Assembly: GCA_045638445.1 (NCBI GenBank)
Contig: JAZUBJ010000048.1
Location: 1 to 38,286, forward strand
Direction: 5' to 3'
Length of the DNA: 38,286 nucleotides
Source of the DNA: Bacilli bacterium
Lineage (GTDB): Bacteria; Bacillota_I; Bacilli_A; RF39; UBA660
Of the stretch, positions 27,758-36,953 are shown in pieces; the stretch's first letter is position 1, and the number at the start of each line of letters is the position of its first letter. The translations under genes were made by a program, and so were the position numbers. The notes under the pieces were generated by a model, which had not been told where the DNA came from, ran no database searches, and was given only the letters and a program-made list of their open reading frames with translations.

Positions 27758-29560
27758 TTATAATTCATAACTTTTTCTATAATTATTCATAACAAATAAT
27801 CCTATAAAGAAAACAATACATATAGTTAAAATATCATCAATTACACTATTAAAACCAGTTTTAGGATTCTCTATTATTTCTTTAAATAAAACTTCTACAC
27901 TAACATCATCATTCAAAGAAAAAGAATACGTTCCATCTTCAAGTTTAGTTACATCTAAATCTAATACATTACCAGTTTTATCTTTTATAACAATTTTATC
28001 GAATTCATATCCATCATTAGCTAAATAATTGATTATTACTTGTGAATCAAATTTTTCAACATTAAACGTTCCATTTTCACTAGGTACTTTTTCAACTTCA
28101 TATTCTAATAAATATTTTATTATAATAGCATCTGAACTACCATTATTTGATAAATCAGAAATATTTGTCGAATTAAAATATCCATTGATAAGAAAACCAT
28201 CATCTAGCATCAGTATATCACTAAAAGAATCATTTGATGCACCGCCCCAACTTAATTGTTTATAAATAGAACCATTCTTATTAATAAATAATATAGTACC
28301 ATCACTACCACCATTACATAAAAAATCAGGAATATTATCTGAACCTGTTTTTCCAACAACAATTAATGTACCATTTTTATAAATAATTGCATCATTAGAA
28401 TAATCAGCACCATCTCCTCCCCATGAAGTTTGCCATAATATATTTCCATCTTTATCATATTTTAATATAACAGTATCATAACCAAACGTCCCAGGATCAC
28501 TTTGATTTACAAAACTACCTACTTCAGTTGAAAGAGATTCACCAATAACTATAAATTCATCATTTTCATGAAGTAATTTAGCAAAAGTCTCATTATTATC
28601 TCCTCCCCATGAAGTCTGCCACAGTAGATTGGCATTTTTATCAAATTTTGCTAAAAATAAATCATTATCTTCTTGCGCATCTATATGTCCACCAACAACA
28701 AAACTGTCGTCACTTAATAATACAATATCGTTAATTGTAATTTTTGAGTTTAAATCTATATTTTTCTTCCATAAAACATTACCATTTTTATCATATTTAA
28801 ACAAAATTTCATTAGATAACCTGTCAACAGATAACCAATCTATATTCGATGATTTGGATGTTCCAGAAACAATAAAAGAATCATCCGAAGTAACATAGAC
28901 CTTATCAAAATTGTCATAATCATTTCCACCCCAAACATTCTTCCACAATAATTCTCCATCATAATTATATTTTAATAAAATAGCACTTTCATTAGTATCA
29001 CCTTCAAGTTCTTTTATATCAGTTGAATTAGTATTTCCAAAAAGAACAAAACTATTATCATCTAAGTTTGTTAATCCATAAACAAAATCAATTTGGTTTC
29101 CTCCCCAACTATTTTGCCACAATAAATTACCATTTTTATCATAACAAACTAAAATTATTTCAGTAGAACGACCAGAAAATAATAATCCATCAATGTCAGT
29201 TGAATAAGATTCACCAGCAACAACATAATTACCATTTTCAAGTTCAATCAAATACTTAAATCTATCTGCACCTGATCCTCCCCAATTTTTTTTCCATACA
29301 ATATTACCAGCTAAATCATATTTAATAATAATACCATCTGTTCCACGAGTACCTTTGCTAGGTAAATCAGCTAAATCATTAGAACCAGAAGAACCGATTA
29401 CAATAATATATCCATCACTTGATAAAATAATATCATCAAATTCTTCTGAACTACTCCCACCAAAACCTTTTTGCCAATCTAAATTTACTTCTTCAGCATT
29501 TACAACACATGGTAAATATAAACAAAAAATGATTATAAAAATCAAAAATATTTTTTTCAT
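27758..29560 (-). CDS. Secreted beta-propeller repeat surface protein with NPKTG-type C-terminal anchor
   Basis: Signal peptide (VVNA|EE), about 8 W-x3-WGG-x3-D repeats, a small C-terminal beta domain, then NPKTG, a hydrophobic helix and a basic tail. Confidence 0.85.
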   Translation of the reverse strand: MKKIFLIFIIIFCLYLPCVVNAEEVNLDWQKGFGGSSSEEFDDIILSSDGYIIVIGSSGSNDLADLPSKGTRGTDGIIIKYDLAGNIVWKKNWGGSGADRFKYLIELENGNYVVAGESYSTDIDGLLFSGRSTEIILVCYDKNGNLLWQNSWGGNQIDFVYGLTNLDDNSFVLFGNTNSTDIKELEGDTNESAILLKYNYDGELLWKNVWGGNDYDNFDKVYVTSDDSFIVSGTSKSSNIDWLSVDRLSNEILFKYDKNGNVLWKKNIDLNSKITINDIVLLSDDSFVVGGHIDAQEDNDLFLAKFDKNANLLWQTSWGGDNNETFAKLLHENDEFIVIGESLSTEVGSFVNQSDPGTFGYDTVILKYDKDGNILWQTSWGGDGADYSNDAIIYKNGTLIVVGKTGSDNIPDFLCNGGSDGTILFINKNGSIYKQLSWGGASNDSFSDILMLDDGFLINGYFNSTNISDLSNNGSSDAIIIKYLLEYEVEKVPSENGTFNVEKFDSQVIINYLANDGYEFDKIVIKDKTGNVLDLDVTKLEDGTYSFSLNDDVSVEVLFKEIIENPKTGFNSVIDDILTICIVFFIGLFVMNNYRKSYEL

Positions 29561-29581
29561 ATTATCACAACCTATTATAAC

Positions 29582-29623
29582 AATTATATCAAAACAAAAT
29601 AAAAAATGCTATTTCTAGCATTT
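29582..29623. repeat. 42-bp direct repeat, copy 2
   Basis: Identical to 27716-27757. Minus strand reads AAATGCTA-GAAA-TAGCATTTTTT followed by TG-A-TATAAT. Confidence 0.95.
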
Positions 29624-30116
29624 ATTTAACTGTTCCAAATTTTTTGAATGGAAATAATCTAAAATTAACTCTTCCAACTATATCATCTTCACTAAAAGTA
29701 CCAAGCATTCTACTATCTTTAGATACAACTCTATTGTCTCCAAGAACAAAATATTCTCCATCTTTAGTTTTATAAGCAAAATCTTCAGTATTAGTAAATT
29801 CATAATTTTCTTCTATTCTTTTACCATTTATATATAATTGGTTATTATTATATTCAATAGTTTCATTTGGTAGACCAATTATTCTTTTAATAATTTTATC
29901 TCCCTCTTTTTTATTATCAAGAACAACTACATCAAATCTTTTAACATCTTTAACATTATATACAAATTTATTTATAAGAACTAATTGTCCATTTTCAAGT
30001 GTATAGTCCATACTTGCTCCATCAACAACAGCAGGAGTTACAAGAAAAGTTCTTATTAACATTACCACTAAAATAATAATTAAATAATCTTTTGCTTCTT
30101 TCCAAAATTTATTCAT
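29622..30116 (-). CDS. lepB: Signal peptidase I
   Basis: VDGASMDYTL (catalytic Ser), IIKRIIGLP (catalytic Lys) and GDNR..SKDSR. Confidence 0.95.
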   Translation of the reverse strand: MNKFWKEAKDYLIIILVVMLIRTFLVTPAVVDGASMDYTLENGQLVLINKFVYNVKDVKRFDVVVLDNKKEGDKIIKRIIGLPNETIEYNNNQLYINGKRIEENYEFTNTEDFAYKTKDGEYFVLGDNRVVSKDSRMLGTFSEDDIVGRVNFRLFPFKKFGTVK

Positions 30117-30221
30117 TTTTCCCTCTCTTTTAACTATTACAACATATTCATATTAAAATAGAAAAAAATTAAAGTCAAGACAATCAACAAAAAAAGACAA
30201 TAAAAAAAATTAGTATAAATA

Positions 30222-30560
30222 CTAATTTCTTTCTTTAATTTTGAAACTTCCAGTCATTCCTTTTAAGAAGTTTAATTTAGCTCTTCTAACTTTACCCTTC
30301 TTAACAACTGTAATCTTATCGATAATTGGACTATTAACTTTGAAAACTCTGTTAATACCAACATTACCATTTTTCTTTCTTACAGTAAATGTTTCAGAAA
30401 CGCTTCCACCTTTACGAGAAGTTACAACACCTTCGTAAGCTTGAATTCTTTCTCTTTTACCTTCTTTAATCTTAACGTCTACTCTTACAGTATCACCAAC
30501 TTGGAAAGCTGGAACATTAGGATTAATTTGTTTCTTATTAATCTTGTCGATTAAATTCAC
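30222..30560 (-). CDS. rplS: 50S ribosomal protein L19
   Basis: GDTVRVDVKIKEGKRERIQAYEG, TFTVRK and GKVRRAKL; GTG start with AAGGAGG RBS. Confidence 0.98.
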   Translation of the reverse strand: MNLIDKINKKQINPNVPAFQVGDTVRVDVKIKEGKRERIQAYEGVVTSRKGGSVSETFTVRKKNGNVGINRVFKVNSPIIDKITVVKKGKVRRAKLNFLKGMTGSFKIKERN

Positions 30561-30585
30561 GATATATTCCTCCTTTGTGCTTTAT

Positions 30586-30622
30586 TTAATCATGCATAAA
30601 TTAAATATCTGCAGCGGATTAA
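30586..30622 (-). ncRNA. L19 leader (ribosomal protein autoregulatory RNA)
   Basis: Minus strand TTAAT-CCGC-TGCA...TGCA-TG-ATTAA hairpin with the UCCGCUG/CAUGA core, directly upstream of the rplS RBS. Confidence 0.7.
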
Positions 30623-30669
30623 GCGAATTAATAATACCATAAAAAAACTCAAGAATCAAGCATTTTAGG

Positions 30670-31869
30670 CTAATTCTTAAGTTTTTCTTTTTCCTTTGCT
30701 AAAGCACTATAAAATTTATTTTCAATATTAATTCTTTGTACAACTGTTAAAGAACATATAACAGTAACACAGAAACTACCACCATAACTTAAAAATGGAA
30801 GTGGTACACCAGTTAAAGGGATTAAACCTAAAACTCCACCTAAATTTATAAATATATGTAATAACAAATAAATTCCAACACCATAACATATTAATGAATT
30901 TTGAAGTTTTTTACTACTCGTTGCAACTCTAAATATAAAGAATATTAAAAGTATATATCCAATTATCAAAAGAATTCCAACTACTAATCCCAACTCTTCA
31001 ACAACAATTGGAAAAATAAAATCAGTATGACTCGCAGGTAAATATAAATATTTTTGAATTGAATTACCTATTCCTACTCCAAAAAGCCCACCATTATCAA
31101 TAGCTATATATCCGTTACACACTTGATATCCAGAATTCTCTTCATATCTATCACACGCATCAACATATATAAATCTATTTAAACGATAATCCGATTCAAG
31201 TATTCTCTGCGGAACAACTAAATAAGCAAACTTTAATGCCAAAATACAAAATATTAAACCACCCAAAGCAATCCGTTTAAATATAACAACTATTTTTTCT
31301 TGACAAGGAACTGCCATAAATACAAGTGCAAATAACGCAACCATCAAAGCTGCACTACCAAAGTCACCACCAAATAAAATCATTATACAACATGCACCAC
31401 ATAATAATAAAGGTGTAATAAATCCCCATTTTTTCCTATTAGGTTTATTAACCCAATCATCATAATAAGAAGCCATATACATAACAACAAATATTTTTAA
31501 AAACTCTGCAGGTTGAAAATTAAAACCAAATAAATTAAGCGAAACTTCGTTTACTCCAGTAGAGAATAATTTATTTTTCATATAAACTGCAAAAGTTAAA
31601 CCTAAAAAAGTAATTGATAAAAGTCCAGATAACTTCCGATAAGTTTTAGTACTAAATCTTAAAATAAATAAAGATGCAACTAATGACGCTCCAATAAAAA
31701 TAAGCTGTCTTTGAAAAAAATAATATGTATCCACTCCATATGTTAAGACAGACGAAATACTAGAAGCATCTAAAATCAAAAACGCTCCTATTATAGAATA
31801 CAATAGCATCAATATTAATATTGGCATATTTATATTAGCAAATAATTTTATTTTTTTAGTCTTTTTCAT
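30670..31869 (-). CDS. FtsW/RodA/SpoVE family SEDS protein
   Basis: FQPAEFLK, GDFGS, GYQ, GGLFGVGIGNS.QK..YLPASHTDFIF...EELG and PLTGVPLPFLSYGGS. Likely start MKKTKK at 31869. Confidence 0.95.
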   Translation of the reverse strand: MKKTKKIKLFANINMPILILMLLYSIIGAFLILDASSISSVLTYGVDTYYFFQRQLIFIGASLVASLFILRFSTKTYRKLSGLLSITFLGLTFAVYMKNKLFSTGVNEVSLNLFGFNFQPAEFLKIFVVMYMASYYDDWVNKPNRKKWGFITPLLLCGACCIMILFGGDFGSAALMVALFALVFMAVPCQEKIVVIFKRIALGGLIFCILALKFAYLVVPQRILESDYRLNRFIYVDACDRYEENSGYQVCNGYIAIDNGGLFGVGIGNSIQKYLYLPASHTDFIFPIVVEELGLVVGILLIIGYILLIFFIFRVATSSKKLQNSLICYGVGIYLLLHIFINLGGVLGLIPLTGVPLPFLSYGGSFCVTVICSLTVVQRINIENKFYSALAKEKEKLKN

Positions 31870-31985
31870 ATTATCAATATTATTATATAAAATATAAATA
31901 ATATTGTAAACCAATCATGACCAAATGTAGTGTCAAGAAATGTCATATTTGTATAAAATAATATAGATTATAAGGAGGTATTTTT

Positions 31986-32192
31986 ATGTACTATAATGGA
32001 TATAATGGATACAATGGCTACAATATGTATCAAAACTATCCACAATACTACTCAAACGGAAACTATGGATTTGGTCCAGCAATGATATTAGTATTATTTA
32101 TATTACTTGTTATTATTTTCGGAACTAACTTCTGTGGAAATAACAATAATAATTGTAATCAATGTAATCAATGTAATTCTTGTAGAAATTAA
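31986..32192 (+). CDS. YjcZ/SscA-like small sporulation-associated membrane peptide
   Basis: GFG..MILVLFILLVIIFG core motif, strong AAGGAGGT RBS, YNG repeats and a CNQ-repeat tail. Confidence 0.75.
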   Translation: MYYNGYNGYNGYNMYQNYPQYYSNGNYGFGPAMILVLFILLVIIFGTNFCGNNNNNCNQCNQCNSCRN

Positions 32193-32219
32193 AAAGTCAG
32201 GATCAAACCTGACTATTTT
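32191..32219. terminator. Bidirectional terminator
   Basis: AAAAAGTCAGG-ATCAAA-CCTGACTATTTT between convergent genes. Confidence 0.7.
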
Positions 32220-32692
32220 CTACTATATAAAACATGCTTATAAGAAATACCATTATCTTCATTATTTGAAATAACTTCACAATTAAATAAATTTTTATCA
32301 AAAGATGGAAAATAAACACTAGCTTTTTTATCTTCTTCATCTATTTCTGTTAAATAAAGTTTATCACAATATTCAAGAAATAAACTATATATACTTCCAC
32401 CACCAATAACAAATATTTCTTCATCACTATCTTTATATTTAATTAATAATTCTTTTATATTTTTATAAACTTCCACTTCATTTGGAAATTCATCTCTACT
32501 ACTAAGAACAATATGTTTACGATTAGGAAGCATTCTAGGTAAAGAATCAAAAGTATTTCTCCCCATAACTACAGTATGACCATTTGTAATATTTCTAAAA
32601 AATTTTAAATCTTCTGGAATTTTCCAAATCAAATCATTATTTTTCCCAAGTTCAAGATTCCTCCCAACAGCAGCAATAATTGAATAACTCAT
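32213..32692 (-). CDS. folA: Dihydrofolate reductase
   Basis: LGKNNDLIWKIPEDLKFF, VVMGRNTFDSLP..LPNR and IGGG motifs. Confidence 0.97.
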   Translation of the reverse strand: MSYSIIAAVGRNLELGKNNDLIWKIPEDLKFFRNITNGHTVVMGRNTFDSLPRMLPNRKHIVLSSRDEFPNEVEVYKNIKELLIKYKDSDEEIFVIGGGSIYSLFLEYCDKLYLTEIDEEDKKASVYFPSFDKNLFNCEVISNNEDNGISYKHVLYSRK

Positions 32693-32699
32693 ATTTCAC

Positions 32700-33803
32700 C
32701 TATTGCGCTAATGGAAAACTAATAGGACCATGATGTTTATATTTTAAAACTTTAACATTTGATAATTCTCTATCATCAATATCATTTAAATCAGTTAATT
32801 CTGGATCTATCCATAATTCAGGAGCTGGTAAATCTTCAAGTTCACCTTTTTCAACTTTATCTCCTCTTTCGATTTGTTCCATGATTCCTTCAACTTGATT
32901 TTCATAAATATGAGCATCTTTAATACTCCAACTAAGAGTACCTGGTTTAAGTCCAGTAACATGAGCAACTAAATAAAGAAGTGCAGAATATTGAGTTACA
33001 TTAAATGGAAGACCTAGAGGTACATCACAACTTCTTTGATGAACATAAAGATTTAACTTTCCATCTGTAACATCCCATTCACTACAAAATACACATGGCT
33101 TTAAAACTGCATCCTTTATATCATCTTCTTGCCATAAATTTATAATAATACGTCTTCCATCACTAATTGAAGGGTCTTCTTTACAAGCATTAATTAAATA
33201 GATTGCTCTCATAAATAAATCTCTTAGACCAACAGTATATCCATAAGCATGACCAATAGTATGAGCATATTCAGGACCAAACCATCTAGCACTCTTAATT
33301 ACTTTTCCTTTTTCTATAGCCTTTTCAGTTGCTTTAGCCATCATTTGTTTAGCAGTCTTCTTTTTGTTACTTTCAGTATATACTTTACCACGTGGAGTAA
33401 TATACATTTGTTCCATTATATCTTTTCCATCAGTACCAGTAACTCCTGTATTATAGTAAACTGGAACTTCTTTTGGAGCATCAACTGGTGCTTTTCCTTC
33501 TGGATAGTAAATTCTATATATACCATCTTCATCTACTTCCCATTCATCCCAAATATGAACTCCTCTTTCTTGAAGCCATCTTACATCATTACATGCTCTA
33601 ATCATAATCCATGTAATTTCTTTAATAGCAGCTTTATAATAAAGTTGTTTAGTAGTTAAAAAAGGAAACTCTTCACCTAAATCAAACTTTAATTCATATG
33701 ATGGTATTTTAATAGTATCAATACCAGTTCTATTTTTAACTCTTACTCCTTCTGTTAATATTTTTCTACAAAGTTTTAAATATTCTTTGTCCCATTTTGC
33801 CAT
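32700..33803 (-). CDS. thyA: Thymidylate synthase with a large insertion
   Basis: RTG, FPFLTTK, IWDEW, GRRII, LKPC, QRSCDVPLGLPFN and DAHIYENQ. Confidence 0.95.
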   Translation of the reverse strand: MAKWDKEYLKLCRKILTEGVRVKNRTGIDTIKIPSYELKFDLGEEFPFLTTKQLYYKAAIKEITWIMIRACNDVRWLQERGVHIWDEWEVDEDGIYRIYYPEGKAPVDAPKEVPVYYNTGVTGTDGKDIMEQMYITPRGKVYTESNKKKTAKQMMAKATEKAIEKGKVIKSARWFGPEYAHTIGHAYGYTVGLRDLFMRAIYLINACKEDPSISDGRRIIINLWQEDDIKDAVLKPCVFCSEWDVTDGKLNLYVHQRSCDVPLGLPFNVTQYSALLYLVAHVTGLKPGTLSWSIKDAHIYENQVEGIMEQIERGDKVEKGELEDLPAPELWIDPELTDLNDIDDRELSNVKVLKYKHHGPISFPLAQ

Positions 33804-33820
33804 AATATTACCTCCTTATA

Positions 33821-34546
33821 TTAAAATCTTGTCATTTTCATAACTTGATTCTCTTCATTTTTTAATTCTTCATCTACTAAAGTAATAATTTCTTCACTAA
33901 TTGTATCTATACTCTTAATATCTTCAAGACCATGATATTCCCCATTAATACAATTAATATACTTCCAATCACACTTATCACATAAATATAAATATGTATC
34001 TTCAGAATGTTTTTGATATTCTAAGTCTGCTTCATTGCCATCACTAAACTCCCTACCTTTTCTAAGTTCAGTTGCAGCTTCAAATGGCATATGCAAAAAT
34101 AATACCAAATCAGGAACAGGAAGTTCACACAAACCATATTCTAAAACATTTATAAATCTTAATATCTTCTCTCTTTCTTCATCAGTTTTAGCTTTAGCTA
34201 CTTGAAATCCCATATTAGACGTCGTATATCTATCTAAAATAACAATATCATTTTCTTGAATAGACTCTTCTATTTCATTTAAAAAATTATATCTTCTATC
34301 AGCAGCATAATATAAACTACTAACCAAAGGATCAACATGAGAAGATGTCTCCTCAAAAAAAGTATTCATAATTTCAGGTTTACCTAAAAAAGGACCACCA
34401 ACTATTTTACCAGTTGCACTTTCATATACAGGAAACGAATATCTTTTAACTTTATATCCTTTTTCTAAATAGTGTTTTTCTAACTTTTTACTTTGTGTCT
34501 CTTTTCCAGAACCATCAGTTCCTTCAATAACTATTATCTTTGCCAT
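33821..34546 (-). CDS. tmk: Thymidylate kinase
   Basis: IEGTDGSGKETQ P-loop, YAADR, LDRYTTSN and PDLVLFL; upstream of thyA-folA. Confidence 0.9.
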   Translation of the reverse strand: MAKIIVIEGTDGSGKETQSKKLEKHYLEKGYKVKRYSFPVYESATGKIVGGPFLGKPEIMNTFFEETSSHVDPLVSSLYYAADRRYNFLNEIEESIQENDIVILDRYTTSNMGFQVAKAKTDEEREKILRFINVLEYGLCELPVPDLVLFLHMPFEAATELRKGREFSDGNEADLEYQKHSEDTYLYLCDKCDWKYINCINGEYHGLEDIKSIDTISEEIITLVDEELKNEENQVMKMTRF

Positions 34547-34751
34547 ATACATTCCTTTCTAAAAAAAATAACATGCGTAAAACATGTTAAATCATCTATC
34601 ATTAACATTAATATTACCTCTATATAAACTATACCAAAATATTTTTAAAAGTAAATATTTTTTTATGACAAAATATTCAAAAAATTATCAAATTCTAGAT
34701 TTTACCTAAAGAAAAATCATAAAAAAAAATATCAAATAAAAAACAACTAAG

Positions 34752-35144
34752 TTAGTTGTTTGGTTTTAATACTAAATCATATTCATTTTCAAATTCCATA
34801 AATATAACATTCTCTTCACCTACTATTTCAGAAGCAAATTTTATACAATTATCTTTTCCTGTTAAAACTACACATGGAGTTTGAAGAAATTTCATAGACG
34901 CATAACTTTTATTAATAATAGCATACCCTTCTCTTGAGGAATAAGCAATAGCAGAACTATTATAAATAACCGCTTTATCCTCTAAAAAAACAATCAAATA
35001 ATTATTAATATCAAGAGGTTGTGTTATAATCTCATTCTGAATTTCTTCTTTTTTATCTTCACTATTACTACAAGCATTCATACTTAAAAGTAACAAACAC
35101 GTAAGCAATCCTGCTTTTAATCTTTTTAATTCTTCTTTTTTCAT
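34752..35144 (-). CDS. Putative lipoprotein, tandem paralog 1
   Basis: Start MKKEELKRLKAGLL at 35144 (AGAGGA RBS); lipobox SMNAC. Confidence 0.75.
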   Translation of the reverse strand: MKKEELKRLKAGLLTCLLLLSMNACSNSEDKKEEIQNEIITQPLDINNYLIVFLEDKAVIYNSSAIAYSSREGYAIINKSYASMKFLQTPCVVLTGKDNCIKFASEIVGEENVIFMEFENEYDLVLKPNN

Positions 35145-35145
35145 C

Positions 35146-35532
35146 TTAATATCCTCTATTATATGTAAGAACCATATCTCTATCATTATAATCAATATAA
35201 ATAATATTTTCTTCTCCAACTATAGCTGTAGCAAGTTCAATAGCATCTTCTTTACTTTGAACTTTTATCCCTTCTACCCCTTGAGAAAATAAAGTTAATT
35301 TATTATCAACTATAATTTCATCACCAATCGAATAACAATCATCTTCAATAGTTATTAAATAATCTTCTTCATAAATTAAAGCTTTTCCTTGAACAAAAAA
35401 TACAGCTGCACTCTTAGTTTCAACATTTTCCTTAGTTTCACTATCTTCTTCTCTTTTACATGCACCCATTGTTAAACATAACACACCAGCAAGTAATCCA
35501 GATTTTAATCTCTTTAATGTTTCTTTTTTCAT
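35146..35532 (-). CDS. Putative lipoprotein, tandem paralog 2
   Basis: MKKETLKRLKSGLL, lipobox TMGAC; shares KA.IY and A..IVGEEN.I with its neighbour. Confidence 0.75.
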   Translation of the reverse strand: MKKETLKRLKSGLLAGVLCLTMGACKREEDSETKENVETKSAAVFFVQGKALIYEEDYLITIEDDCYSIGDEIIVDNKLTLFSQGVEGIKVQSKEDAIELATAIVGEENIIYIDYNDRDMVLTYNRGY

Positions 35533-35639
35533 AAACCCTCCAAATAAGTAAAAAATATTATAAATATTTAATTATCTTAAGTCAAACAATATTGAAGAAA
35601 ATACTTAATTTTGCTAAAATATCTATGGAGTTGATTTAT

Positions 35640-36578
35640 ATGAACAAACAACAAACTATTGTATTTAAAGTTAGCGATAATATAAAAAAACAATTAATCG
35701 AACATTACTATGATATGAGAGAAGAAAAAACTCCTCCATATGCAGTATTTCAAGTTAAACAATATGATTGTGTAGTTACACTATACGAATCAGGAAAAGT
35801 TATGTTTCAAGGACTTGGAGCTGACATTGAAGCAAGTATGTGGAAAGATTTAGAAAATCATTTTAATGATCGCGACATAGATAAAGAAACAAAAGCTAAA
35901 GAAGAAAAAGAAGATGATAAAACATACTATTATTATGATGCAATCGGATCAGATGAAGTTGGAACAGGAGATTACTTTGGTCCTATCATCGTAACAGCTA
36001 CTTTAGTAAACAAAGATACAAGAAAATTACTTGAAGAATTAAAAATAATGGACTCAAAAAAAATGACAGACGAAAAAATATTAAGATGTGCTCCAATTAT
36101 TATGAAAAAAATTCCTTATGTTACTTTTACACTATCTAATGAAAAATTTAATGACTTATCAAACAAAGGATTCAACATGAATAAAATAAAAGCAATTCTT
36201 CACAATAGAGTACTTTATGAACTATCTAACAAAGACTTATCTTATCATAAAATTATAGTAGACCAATTCACTACACCAAGAAGCTACTTCAGTTATTTAA
36301 AACAAGAAAATATAACAGACAAAGTAACAAAAATAACTTTTCTAACAAAAGGAGAAAGCAAGCATTTAAGCGTTGCAGCAGCTTCAGTTATAAGTAGATA
36401 TATATTTTTACAAGAAATGGACAAACTAAGCAAAAAATATGGTGTAAACATTCTAAAAGGAGCTTCTGATAAAGTAGATGAAGTTGGAAAACAAATTGTA
36501 AAAAAATATGGAAAAGTAGAACTAAATAAAATCGCAAAAATAAATTTCAAAAACACAGAAAAAATACTAAACGATTAG
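35640..36578 (+). CDS. rnhC: Ribonuclease HIII
   Basis: N-terminal TBP-like domain (TLYESGKVMFQG), IGSDEVGTGDYFGP, DSKK, VDQF and KGE..H.SVAAAS. Start at 35640 follows a GGAG RBS. Confidence 0.95.
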   Translation: MNKQQTIVFKVSDNIKKQLIEHYYDMREEKTPPYAVFQVKQYDCVVTLYESGKVMFQGLGADIEASMWKDLENHFNDRDIDKETKAKEEKEDDKTYYYYDAIGSDEVGTGDYFGPIIVTATLVNKDTRKLLEELKIMDSKKMTDEKILRCAPIIMKKIPYVTFTLSNEKFNDLSNKGFNMNKIKAILHNRVLYELSNKDLSYHKIIVDQFTTPRSYFSYLKQENITDKVTKITFLTKGESKHLSVAAASVISRYIFLQEMDKLSKKYGVNILKGASDKVDEVGKQIVKKYGKVELNKIAKINFKNTEKILND

Positions 36579-36595
36579 TTTAGTATTTTTATTTA
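36550..36595. repeat. Diverged direct repeat copy 1 (rnhC 3' end plus terminator hairpin)
   Basis: AAAACACAGAAAAAATACTAAAC-GATTA-GTTTAGTATTTTTATTTA, similar to 38054-38100. Confidence 0.8.
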
Positions 36596-36597
36596 CA

Positions 36598-36927
36598 TTA
36601 AATTTGAACATCACCTAATGAAGAAGAACCATATCCATCTGTATAAACTTCATAAGTTTTATTTAAATCAATAACAGAACTAGGATTAACATAACTTTGA
36701 TCTCCAACATCAATAAGAACACCTGATAACATTTCAACATAATCAACTGAAATTATAGAAGAAACTTTAATAAATTTATTACTACTCTAAGTTCCATCGA
36801 GACTTACATTACCACTAGAACCAGGAGACAACTTCGCAGGAACAGTAACATTATAAGACTCACTACCTTTAGCTGCATATTCAAAATGATATTGCAATTA
36901 AACTTACTATAAAAATATTTTTTTCAT
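36598..36927 (-). pseudogene. Degraded paralog of the adjacent secreted protein
   Basis: Frameshifted signal peptide, then EYAAKGSESYNVTVPAKLSPGSSGNVSLDGT*SSNKFIKVSS aligning to EYMGNGNEEYVLTVPAKMTPGSSEIVVLDGVLNSDYIINVTS. Confidence 0.8.
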
Positions 36928-36953
36928 AAAAACTTCCAATTTATTATTAAAAA

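Noticed and set aside
27716-29623. 42-bp repeats as a CRISPR array or IS ends
   Set aside because: Only two copies 1.87 kb apart, in direct orientation, with no cas or transposase gene.
33258-33539. Intein or group I intron in thyA
   Set aside because: The frame is continuous, there are no C/S...HN splice termini and no homing endonuclease motif is visible.
3934-36556. Short antisense ORFs in the track (3934, 7399, 15074, 17982, 21558, 22935, 23257, 26139, 28029, 28629, 29355, 30241, 33249, 36293)
   Set aside because: All lie opposite well-supported genes, have Ile/Ser/Phe-rich antisense composition and show no convincing RBS.
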